DNA of 64,000 bases, from positions 26,476,001 through 26,540,000 of the forward strand of contig CM075988.1 of NCBI GenBank assembly GCA_038087875.1. The letters are read 5' to 3'. The DNA is from Malacoraja senta (Eukaryota). A program made the position numbers and the translations under genes. Numbering within the stretch: position 1 is the first letter of the stretch; every line of letters begins with the position of its first letter. The notes below the pieces were generated by a model, which saw only the letters and a program-made list of their open reading frames with translations, was not told the DNA's origin and made no database searches. Positions 28,601 through 37,797 of this stretch are shown one piece after another.

Positions 28601-31600
28601 GCATCTGCTGATGGTAAACACAACAGCCAGACAGTGCAGCATTCAGTAGGAAATCCTGATTCGAGACTTGAATACTATGCTCCATCTGTGGAATGTTTTT
28701 AACTTCCCACAACTTCCCACAGCTGAACACAGTCTCAGCAACACAAATAACCTTTGGTTAACACTGTTTAAGGGATAATTACAGTGCCCTCCATAATGTT
28801 TGGGACACATGACTTCACAGGCATTTGTGATTGCTCAGGTGTGTTTAATTGCCTCCTTAATGCAGGTATAAGAGAGCTCTCAGCACCTAGTCTTTCCATC
28901 ATCTTTGGAAACTTTTAATGCTGTTTATTAACATGAGGACCAAAGATGTGCCAATGAAAGTCAAAGAAGCCATTATGAGACTGAGAAACAAGACATCAGC
29001 CAAACCTTAGGCTTACCAAAATCAACTGTTTGGAACATCATTAAGAAGAAAGAGAGCACTGGTGAGCTTACTAATCGCAAAGGGACTGGCAGGCCAAGGA
29101 AGTCCTACACAGCTGATGACAGAAGAATTCTCTCTGTAATAAAGAAAACCCCCCAAACACCTGTCCGACAGATCACAGGTGTGGATTTGTCAATGACCAA
29201 TGTCCGCAGAAGACTTCATGAACATGAAATACAGAGGCTACATTGCAAGATGCAAACCACTGGTTAGCTGCATAAATAGGATGGCCAGGTTACAGTTTGT
29301 CAAGAAGTACTTAAAAGAGCAACCACAGTTCTGGAAAAAGGTCTTGTGGACAGATGAGACGAAGATTAACTTATATCAGAATTATGGCAAGAGCAAAGTA
29401 TTAGGAGAGAAGGAACTGCCCAAGATCCAAAGCATACCACCTCATCTGTGAAACACGATGGTGGGGGTGTTATGACCTGGGCATGTATGGCTGCTGAAGG
29501 TACTGGCTCACTTATCTTCATTGATGATACAACTGCTGATGGTAGTAGTATAATGAATTCTGCAGTGTATAGACACATCCTATCTGCTCAAGTTCAAACA
29601 AATGCCTCAAAACTCATTGGCCAGCGGTTCATTCTACAGCAAGACAATGATCCCAAACATACTGCTAAAGTAACAAAGGAGTTTTTCAATGTAAAAAAAT
29701 GGTCAATTCTTGAGTGGCCAAGTCAATCACCCGATCTGAACCCTATTGAGCATGCCTTTTATATGCTGAAGAGAAAACTGAAGGGAACTAGCCCCCAAAA
29801 CAAGCATAAGCTAAAGATGGCTGCAATACAAGTCTGGCAGAGCATCACCAGAGAAGACACCCAGCAACTGGTGATGTCCATGCATCGCAGACTTCAAGCA
29901 GTCATTGCATGCAAAGGATATGCAACAAAAAACGAAACATGACTACTTTCATTTAAATTACATTGCTGTGTCCCAGACATTATGGTGCCCTGAAATGGGG
30001 GGATTATGTATAAACAATGCTGCTTCTTCTGTAAAATGTCTAAAATTCCTTCTGGCATACAACATTTTTTTTCTGTGACTTCTACAGATTTGGTGTGAAT
30101 CTGAGAAACTATATGCTGATGACTTGCTGAACGAAGGTGGGTTGGAGTTTCCGCAGATTAACTATGCAAAGTACAACACAAAAAAATACAAATTTTTCTA
30201 TGGATGTGGAGCAGGTCATTTGATAATGGATTCTCTCATGAAGATGGATTTGGAAACAAAGACATTTAAGGTATGAATGAAGTTAAATATAATAGTGCTG
30301 TCATAGTACATGTAGACTAATTCTTAGTTAAAGATCTGTGTTGTGACTTTTTCCTGTATTTTATCTTTGAATGAGCAATCAGACACTAACAAAACCTATG
30401 ACACATTTGACGCGTTTTCACCAACTATCCCCCTATAATTATTCAACAGTGGAATTTTGCTCAATGGGCATTGTTTCATTATATTCAGACCTATCTACTA
30501 ATGGAGACACAACTACAGATGTTGAAATCTTGAGCAAAACACAAAGTGCTTGAGGAACACAGAGGGTCAGGCAACATCTGGGAGGAAATGGACAGATAAT
30601 GTTTCGGGTGAGAACCGTTCTTCAGACTGGTCAGTCTGAAAAAGGGTCCCAGCCCAAAACATCACCTGTCCATTTTGTCTGCTGATGTTGCTTGATCCAC
30701 TGTATTCCTCCAGCACTTTGCTCAAGATTTCAACATCTACAGTTCATTGTGTTTCCATTATTAGATAAGTCTCCAGCACTTTGTGTTTTTCTGTAATAAT
30801 GGTTTTGTTTACAATCCCAATCTTCTGAATTTTTTTAATTCCAATCATTTGGAATCATTGCAGGATTCCAAGGCAATATAACATTGTTACTTTCTAATCA
30901 TTGTCTATCAGTCCACTACCTCCTCCAATTCCATATCTTCAGATATCCTGTCTTCCATCTGAACATTACTCATACTGGTTCCTTTAGTATCACCGAACTG
31001 CTGCCAAAACCTTCTGATAGCCAATTATCATTTTGAGATTTCTCCTCCCAATAATCTCTTGATTGGTCTTTCAAAATGTCTTTTCGCTGACTGGTTAGCA
31101 CGCACCAAAAGGTTTGCACTGTACCTCAATACACGTGACAATAAATTAAACTAAATTCTGTTAACTTCAGTTCAACCAAATCATTCCTGCCTTCATCCTA
31201 TCCTATACTATTGTACATAGCTACACACTTGGTCCTTGCTAACCAGATGTTGACCTCAGTGGCTGGCTGTTGGCTTTGCCTTGTAACTTGGCATTTCTAG
31301 AACTCATTCTTTAATTCTTTGGATGTTTAAGGGTTTCATGGGTAAATTCTGCAAACCCTCCCCCCACCACTCCCAACCAACCCCCCCCCCTCCTGAGTAT
31401 ATCAGGTGATTAACTAGTTATAAAGCCTTTTGTAAATGTTGTAATATAAATATCTATTTGCCTTTGACCTAGCATTCAACGTTTTCTTTATCTTTGTGAA
31501 GAGGTTTGGCTGAGGTTTATGCATCAAGGTCAATGCTTGAATTTTTTTCTCTCCACAGATCTGGAAAGAAAAAGGCTACTTTCCATCGGAACCAATCTTT

Positions 31601-33352
31601 GTGCCGTCTCCTGATAGTGTAGAGGAGGATGATGGAGTTATTTTGAGTGTAGTCATTTCACCAGATCAGGTAACCAGCATTTATTGTCTTACCTCAGAAT
31701 TAATTTTCATTAGGGTAGGGTACATCTTTAGTTTAGTTGGACAAGGGTGTTAAGGGATATGGAACCACAGCAGGTAAATACATTTAATTTTCATCAACCA
31801 CCATCTATTTGAATGGTGCAACGGATTCAATGGTGTGAGGTGCTTATTCATAAGATCTTAAGACATAGGAGTAGAATTAGATCATTCGGCCCATCGTGTC
31901 TGCTCCTGCATTCAAGCATGGCTGATCTATCTTTCGCTCTCTACCCCATTCTCTTGCCTTCTCTCCATAACCTTTGACATCCTTAATAATCAAGAACCTG
32001 TCAACTCCGCTTTAATGATGCCAAATATTTGGCCTCCACATCTGTCTATGGCAATAAATTCCACAGATTCATCACCCTCTGATGAAAAAAATTCCTCCTC
32101 TGTCATTCTAAAGGTCTGTTCCCTCTGGTCCTAGACTCTCCCATTACTGAAAACATCCTCTCCACATCCACTCTATACAGGCCTTTCATTATTTGGTAGG
32201 TTTCAATGAGATTCTCCCTCATGCTTCTAACCAAAGACCATAGAAGGCTTGCTCTAGTATCTTTGCTTCTAACCTCCAGCAAGTATAGGCTCAGAGCCTT
32301 AAATTATCCATTATTATTGGTCCTGTGAATTTTTGGTCATTAAAGGGGTTTTCAAAAAGGTACCCAGTTTAACACATGACAAAGCCAACAGTTTCAAGCA
32401 CCAGGCAACACAATGTAAAAGTTAACATTTGTAGATGCTGGAAATCTGAAATAAAAACAGAAAAAATGAGATTCTGAGTAGGTTGGGCCAAATCTATGGA
32501 GAGAAACAGGAATAATGTTTCGGGTCAATTATATTTTCTTCAGAATTGCAAAAGCGAGAAAGTAAACATGTTTTTACTTGCAAAGAGGACGAGGGGTGGA
32601 AAGAACTAAGGGAATGTCTGTGGAGACCAAGGTTGTTCAGGTGGCACAAATGCATTTAGTGCTGTGCGAGTGAATGATGAATGCTTGTCAGTTACAATTG
32701 AACTCTCCCGAGGAGTGTAAGTAGAGGAAGGAGAGAAGAAAGCAACATGCAGGAATGATGCCCTGGGACCTAATCTCTCTCACCTGCCCATCCACTCCAC
32801 CCATATATCCCTACCGCCATTATGGATAACTTACACCAACTGGTTAACCGGCCAGGCAGCGTAGCATTGGGATGGGAGAGGAAGTGTCGGGTCACTGCTT
32901 ATCATGTTGTGTATGGGGAATATTGGGGCCATGGTAGCAACATGCTAGATTCATAACTCCTACAACTTCCAGTTCACTAATGAAGCTTCATGAAAGATTC
33001 TCGCTGTGTTGTCATGCTCTCTGCTGGGAACATGAGTTGTGAATGATGACCTCACCATATTTTCATTAAATCATCAAGTATTTGAAATGCGCGTGAAAAT
33101 GCAAGGATTAATGTTTCACAAGGATTAGTGTAGCTCTACATCAAAGTTAACTGAAGGAATATATTTTATATAAAACTGGTTTTTTATATTTATGACTTTA
33201 ACTGTTATTTCACTAAAGACCCTGCTATTGTTTTACAGTGCAAGAATAGCATGGTGCTTGTGTTGGATGCTAAGACCTTCACTGAGAGGGGTAGAGCAGA
33301 AGTGCCTGCCCAAATGCCATTCGGATTTCATGGTGTCTTTGCAAAATGTTAG
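4545..33352 (+). CDS. BCO2: Beta-carotene oxygenase 2 family gene, 12 exons (4545-4638, 15510-15714, 16758-16969, 17058-17173, 18412-18514, 21568-21696, 22385-22545, 24900-25067, 28153-28290, 30088-30270, 31559-31669, 33239-33352), ~577 aa
   Basis: Exons join in frame with matching phases (1734 nt incl. stop). Motifs: [74 protein letters not shown]. Orthologue versus BCO2-like paralogue not resolved. Confidence 0.9.
6113..6625 (-). mobile_element. CR1 LINE 3' fragment
   Basis: RGYLIKTY...[13 protein letters not shown] and CR1-type 3' UTR. Confidence 0.8.
7428..7755. repeat. Tandem duplication, 2 x 163 bp
   Basis: Copies start at 7428 and 7591; one mismatch seen (gctgtaca vs gctgaaca). Confidence 0.9.
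8624..9509. mobile_element. Foldback non-autonomous DNA transposon (ISL2EU-like) with THAP-domain remnant
   Basis: Termini AGGGGGGTTGCACG / CGTGAAACCTCCCT flanked by AT; long inverted arms; ORF 8765-9028 has NC...FRIP...VCSLHF. Confidence 0.7.
10455..11872 (-). mobile_element. CR1 LINE, 5'-truncated, frameshifted RT
   Basis: [42 protein letters not shown] and conserved 3' tail. Confidence 0.92.
13190..13700 (+). mobile_element. Old RTE-clade LINE 3' fragment
   Basis: [23 protein letters not shown]...RLWTGH resembles the RTE/BovB RT C-terminus. Confidence 0.55.
13730..14338 (-). mobile_element. Non-autonomous composite retroelement, copy 1
   Basis: Shares ATGGCTGCC start, T-rich/G-run segment, GC-rich internal repeats and 3' tail with the copies at 35878 and 58200. 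Confidence 0.6.
14340..14745 (-). mobile_element. CR1 LINE RT fragment
   Basis: [31 protein letters not shown]. Confidence 0.8.
15510..15714 (+). CDS. BCO2: BCO2 exon 2
   Basis: ttttcttag acceptor (alternative AGs end at 15516 and 15520); ...[30 protein letters not shown] donor. Confidence 0.88.
15996..16126 (-). mobile_element. Short Penelope-derived element with hammerhead-like motif
   Basis: 11-bp TSD agttgtttgta (15985-15995 / 16127-16137). Confidence 0.7.
16758..16969 (+). CDS. BCO2: BCO2 exon 3
   Basis: ttttag acceptor; [14 protein letters not shown]...[18 protein letters not shown] donor. Confidence 0.93.
17058..17173 (+). CDS. BCO2: BCO2 exon 4
   Basis: [47 protein letters not shown]. 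Confidence 0.93.
17505..17603 (+). mobile_element. Short Penelope-derived element with hammerhead-like core
   Basis: CTGATGA-AA-GGGTCTCGACCC-GAAAC-ATC; 12-bp TSD tatgt(g/a)tttcat. Confidence 0.7.
18412..18514 (+). CDS. BCO2: BCO2 exon 5
   Basis: [34 protein letters not shown]; first Fe-binding His motif; AG/GT boundaries. Confidence 0.93.
19645..20995 (-). mobile_element. tRNA-derived SINE interrupted by a DNA transposon
   Basis: A/B-box head (TGGCGCAGTG..., GGTTCGATCC) near 20930-20995; tail at 19645-19688. Confidence 0.75.
19689..20733. mobile_element. Non-autonomous TIR DNA transposon
   Basis: TIRs TAGCAATGTTACAAAA / TTTTGTAACATACCTA; 7-bp TSD caccaag. Confidence 0.8.
21163..21252 (+). 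mobile_element. Short Penelope-derived element
   Basis: Begins CTGAAGAAGGG; 10-bp TSD acactgatgt. Confidence 0.7.
21568..21696 (+). CDS. BCO2: BCO2 exon 6
   Basis: [10 protein letters not shown]...LNPSYYHSF; second Fe-binding His motif. Confidence 0.93.
22385..22545 (+). CDS. BCO2: BCO2 exon 7
   Basis: [14 protein letters not shown]...[17 protein letters not shown]. Confidence 0.93.
24900..25067 (+). CDS. BCO2: BCO2 exon 8
   Basis: [31 protein letters not shown]...; third Fe-binding His motif. Confidence 0.93.
25285..25765 (-). mobile_element. CR1 LINE 3' fragment
   Basis: VDSQNLFPR...KTRGQSFK...[10 protein letters not shown] and 3' UTR. Confidence 0.75.
25935..27042 (+). mobile_element. 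5'-truncated L1/Tx1-type LINE
   Basis: ORF2 C-terminal CCHC region (IQFKVLHR...CDKC...LTHTFVNC), AATAAA + A-rich tail, 17-bp TSD agaaacattaatgttca. Confidence 0.87.
27697..27925 (+). mobile_element. CR1 LINE 3' end
   Basis: Reverse complement of the CR1 tails at 10455 and 53658. Confidence 0.75.
28153..28290 (+). CDS. BCO2: BCO2 exon 9 (GC donor)
   Basis: [17 protein letters not shown]...[11 protein letters not shown] followed by AAG|GCATGT. Confidence 0.88.
28389..28484. repeat. Tandem repeat, 3 x 32 bp
   Basis: tcttgtttgtggtcagcttcctcatggatgat. Confidence 0.9.
28782..30020 (+). mobile_element. Degraded Tc1-like transposon, right end truncated
   Basis: TA|CAGTGCCC terminus; frameshifted transposase with [24 protein letters not shown]; inverted copy of the terminal motif near 29969-29992. 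Confidence 0.9.
30088..30270 (+). CDS. BCO2: BCO2 exon 10
   Basis: IWCESEKLY...[25 protein letters not shown]...KTFK; AAG|GTATGA. Confidence 0.93.
30489..30770. repeat. Inverted (palindromic) pair of Penelope-derived short elements
   Basis: Arms symmetric about ...CTTCAGACTGG|TCAGTCTGAA... Confidence 0.75.
31559..31669 (+). CDS. BCO2: BCO2 exon 11
   Basis: [46 protein letters not shown]. Confidence 0.93.
31858..32290 (-). mobile_element. CR1 LINE 3' fragment
   Basis: Similar to the 6113-6625 copy. Confidence 0.75.
33239..33352 (+). CDS. BCO2: BCO2 exon 12 (terminal)
   Basis: [37 protein letters not shown]; fourth Fe-binding His motif. Confidence 0.93.
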   Translation, partial: CKNSMVLVLDAKTFTERGRAEVPAQMPFGFHGVFAKC

Positions 33353-33632
33353 ATTGGATTATAGTGAGTCCACGCTTTGCTGTTACTACACTTGCTTCAC
33401 TCTGTTACTTCACGGGAAATGTACCATAGTTCAAACAAAAGCTTGCAATTTTTATATTAGCAAATAATAATAACAATTGTTTCCAGTTAAACAACTCTTA
33501 GTATGCTCAACGTGTGTGGTATGGGACAAAGAATGTTCATCATCCCAGTGGGAAAAAAGACCATTGTTAGAGCTCAATTTAAACAATCCCTAACTCCCTA
33601 AATACATACCAAATGTAGATTAAAAGGATCAG

Positions 33633-33638
33633 AATAAA
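33633..33638 (+). promoter_or_regulatory. Candidate polyadenylation signal of BCO2
   Basis: AATAAA ~280 nt after the stop; other AATAAA hexamers occur further downstream. Confidence 0.35.
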
Positions 33639-34030
33639 GTTAGATTGCCACCCTTTAGAGGAAGTCTGAAAATAATCTTGACCTTTTTTTCCTCTCTGTT
33701 GTGCTAAATAGTCACTGCGGGAATCATATAATATAGAATAGATTGATGCACATCACTTAAGCCCATGTTGATTTAGTGATGAGTGGGTAATTTCCCAAAA
33801 TATATTGTTGAATCTCTCAATGATCATTCATTCAAATGCAAGTTAAATAAATTTCTCTGAGAAAATAAAATTTAGAGATTTAGAATCTGATTAGCAAGAG
33901 TAAGCATGGTGACTCTCGTGATCTTGGGAAGAAACAATGGCTGTGAATAAATAGTTTCCAATATTCTCCATGGCTGAATATTGTTTTTTGGATCTGCTGT
34001 GGAGTATTTGATGGACTGAATGCTGTAATT

Positions 34031-34493
34031 CAGGGGTCTCCAAACTGCGGCCCATAGGCCATTTTATCCGGCCTGCAGCAAGCTCTTAACACATTCTGGG
34101 GGAGGGAGAGGCCGAGGGTACCCGGCGCGCTGTCTCCCCGCTCCTGGACCTACCCGGCGTGGCCCTTCCCTGCACCCGGTCCCCGTACCGGTTGCAACCC
34201 GGGGGCGGGGAGACACTGCACCGTGTACCCTCGGCCTCTTCCTCCCGCTCCCTCTGCTCCAGGGACACTCACCCCCCCCCCCACCCGACATCATCGCCGT
34301 CCTGCTGGAGAAGACGGGGCCCGCGGTAGTTTACATCGAGACAGATATAGAGATAGATAGAGAGAGAGAGACACACAGACAGACAGAGAGAGAAACAGAG
34401 AGAGACAGACAGAGACAGACAGAGAGAGAGAGAGAGAGAGCGACAGAGAGAGACTGAGAGATAGAGAGGAAGACAGCGACAGAGAGAGAGAGG

Positions 34494-34556
<63 letters not shown>

Positions 34557-34683
34557 AGAGCAAGACGGAGAGAGAGAGACATTACATTTATAAAACTGAC
34601 ATTTCTTTATTTTTTCCTGCGGCCTGCAAAAATGTGCTAAATATATAATGTGGCCCTCATACTACAAAGTCTGGAGGCCCCTG
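34031..34683. mobile_element. hAT (Charlie-like) MITE containing a (GA)n microsatellite
   Basis: TIRs CAGGGGTCTCCAAACT / AGTCTGGAGGCCCCTG; 8-bp TSD ctgtaatt. Confidence 0.87.
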
Positions 34684-35877
34684 CTGTAATTAGCAACGTT
34701 GTCACATGCTGCCATCAGAACAGTTGAAGGCAAACCCATGGGCTTCATGGATGGTCAAAACACTGGAGTAGATAAAGATAAGTTATTTCTATTACAGGGG
34801 GAGTTGGGAGGATAAGATAGAATCTAAAAGTTAGGACAACGTCTTTTGAAAATGAAGTTGGAAACTCTTTTACACTCAGAGAATAGTAGAAGTTTGGGTA
34901 GCTGAGGAAAATGCCAGTCACTGGCATATGTTCAATTAAATATCAATAAATTGACAGATTTGGCTTAAACCCTGGTGTGGAGAGACACAGGCTTGGGGCG
35001 GGTAAATGGCTTAACCTCACCGGCCAAGGGTCTGGAAGATTTATTGAACAGTGATTGGATAGGACATGAAGGTAGCACTGCTTAATCATTTACTTATTGG
35101 TAAGGAATTATTGGGATAATGCAGAAATTGGCTCTAATCATATTTATTCAGACTGAAGAGTCTGAAGAAGGGTTTCGGCCCGAAATGTTGCCTATTTCCT
35201 TCGCACCATAGATGCTGCTGAACCTGCTGAGTTTCTCCAGCATTTCTGTCTACCTTAAAGTAATTGCTACTTGACTTATTAACTTGTATACAATAGTTAG
35301 CTTGTAGTGACTGATCTGTACATGTATCTTCCTATTGCTGAATATAGAAAATAGCATTAAAATGTGATTCCTGAATTGTATGCAAGAATTGTTGATTTGT
35401 GAAAGACGATCCTGGACTATTAACACAGAAATATTTTATCCATGTTCCCAGAACATTTGCATTGCAGCTTTTTATGGAGAACTACTTAAGTACATGTTTC
35501 ATATTTAATTGCAGGATTTTCATATTTCATATTTATTTCATATTTTCATATTTAGTCAGGATTGAACCCGGGTCTCTGGCACTGTGAGGAAGCAATTCTA
35601 CCACTGTGCCAATCTGCCATGTTGCTTGATGGTGATGTATAAATAGCATCCACATTACTCTGCATTGGGTGCAGGGTCGATATCCAGCAGGGTCTGAAGA
35701 AGGGTTCTGACCCTAAACATCACCTATTCCTTTTCTCCAGAGATGCTGCCTGATGCGCTGTTACTCCAAATTTTGTGTCTATCTTTTGTGTAAACCTGCA
35801 TCTGCAGTTCCTTCCGACACAGTTTATCTCTATTCCTTTATGTCTCGCAGAGCCCCCAACCGACGGTGGGGGCACTG

Positions 35878-36742
35878 CGAGATGGTTGCCCTGCCAGCAG
35901 CGTGTTAGTCATTTCTACTTTTTTTGTTCTTTTAGTATGTTCAAATGTTTGTTTTAGTGTCTCTCGGTGTGTCTTGTGTGGGAGATGGTGAGTAGGGGTA
36001 AGGGGGAAACCGCTTTTGGTCGCCTCCTCCACGGAGAGGCGACTTTTTCCATGTCGCCTCCCTTGCACCTAACATCAAGGACTGGTGCGGCCTTTCCCGG
36101 AGTCGGGCCCGGAGCTTCAGCAGCGGGCGCAGCGTGGACTTTTTCCGATCGCTGGCCAGCGGACTGTTCAGCCTGAAGTCGCGGTCTGCGGAGCTTCTAG
36201 CTGCGGGAGCGGCGTCCGGAGCCTGGGATCCCTTGTTGGGGATCCCCGGAGGAGAAGAGCTCCAACTATCGGCCTGCAGCCTACAACATCTTGAAGCTGC
36301 AGTCTGCGGAGCTTCTAGCTGCGGGCGCGGTGTGGACTTACCTACCGGAGCGGGATCCCTCGTCGGGGATCCCTGGAAAAGAGCTCCGACCACCGGCCTG
36401 CGGCCTACATCATCTTGAAGCTGCGGATTCCGGTAGGGAAGCACCAATTCGGGACTTAATTTCCAGAAGAGAGGGCCTGTACATCTGGCCGCCCGCAGCG
36501 GCGACCGCAGAGGTTTATGGCCCAGACCACGGAGGAACAATGGAGGAGGACTGACTGTACTTTGTGCCTTCCACCACAGTGAAGAATGCTGCGGCGGATG
36601 TTTGTGTTAAATTTTATTGTGTATTGTGTGTTCTTTTTTATTGTACCGCTGCTGGCAAATTAATTTCACTGCACTTTATTGTGTATGTGATGAATAAAAA
36701 TCTGATTGATTGATTGATTGATTGATTGATTCATTCATTCAT
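35878..36742 (+). mobile_element. Non-autonomous composite retroelement, copy 2
   Basis: GATGGTTGCC start, ~125-bp GC-rich internal repeats, AATAAA + (GATT)n tail. Confidence 0.65.
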
Positions 36743-37189
36743 TCATCTCCAGACTCCCTCTGCTGGTGAATTCTGGTGAGCCAACCTGGCAAAAACAAGT
36801 TCGACAACGACACAACAGGGTCAAGTTGAGTTTATTGACATCTGCACAGGTATGGTGAGGTACCCTGACTCTAACCCTACCCCTAACTCTAATGCAGGTG
36901 CAATGAAAATCTTGCAGCCACATACTCAGAAAAATGCACAAAAACATGAATTATATATAGAATTCTGTAAGACCATAAAGAGAAAGATTATATAAATAGG
37001 AATACTTTAGTGCAAAGCAAAATTAGGAAAAAAACAAGTAGTGCAATTAGTAGAAAGTAGGATGTGGGCTGTGTGGGCTGGTTCAGTAAGCTGATAGTTG
37101 TAGGAATGTAGCTGAACCTGTTGTGGAACTTTACCTGCCCGATGATTTACCATCATACTCTATATACCTCACTTGATGTTTTCAGTGTT

Positions 37190-37797
37190 TAGAGATACAG
37201 AGCAGAAACAGGCCCTTCGGCCCAACGAGTCTGCCCCGACCAGCGATCCCCCCACACTAACACTATCCTACACACTAGGGACAATTTACATTTATATCTG
37301 AAGAAGGGTTTCGGCCCGAAACGTTGCCTATTTCCTTCGCTCCATAGATGCTGCTCCATGCAAAGAGTTGAACAATCTCCACTATAGGAAATAGGCGACG
37401 TTTCCTTCGCTCCATGCAAAGAGTTGAACAATCTCCACTATAGGAAATAGGCAACGTTTCGGGCCGAAACCCTTCCGGGTTTCGGCCCGAAACGTTGCCT
37501 ATTTCCTTCGCTCCATAGATGCTGCTGCACCCGCTGAGTTTCTCCAACATTCTGTGTACCTTAGATTTTCCAGCATCTGCAGTTCCTTCTTAAACACATT
37601 ACATTTATACCAAACCAATTAACCTACAAACCTGTAGTGTTGGAGTGTGGGAGGAAACCAGAGCACCCAGAGTACACCCATGCAGGAACCGGGGAGAATG
37701 TAAAACTCCGTACAGACAGCGTCCATAGCCAGGATCGAACCCGGGTCCCCGGCGCTGGGAGGCAGCAGCTCCACACGCTGCACCACCGTGCCGCCCA
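37190..37797 (-). mobile_element. tRNA-SINE with nested Penelope-derived insertion (37297-37598)
   Basis: SINE head GGCACGGTGGTGCAG...GGTTCGATCC; nested insert has 11-bp TSD ttacatttata. Confidence 0.8.

Noticed and set aside
15510..33352. RPE65 or BCO1 identity
   Set aside because: The 12-exon layout, N-terminal extension and GPGKFEFG / GNSYG motifs fit BCO2 better
34291..34582. Ser/Leu-repeat ORFs
   Set aside because: Translation of a (GA)n microsatellite inside a hAT MITE
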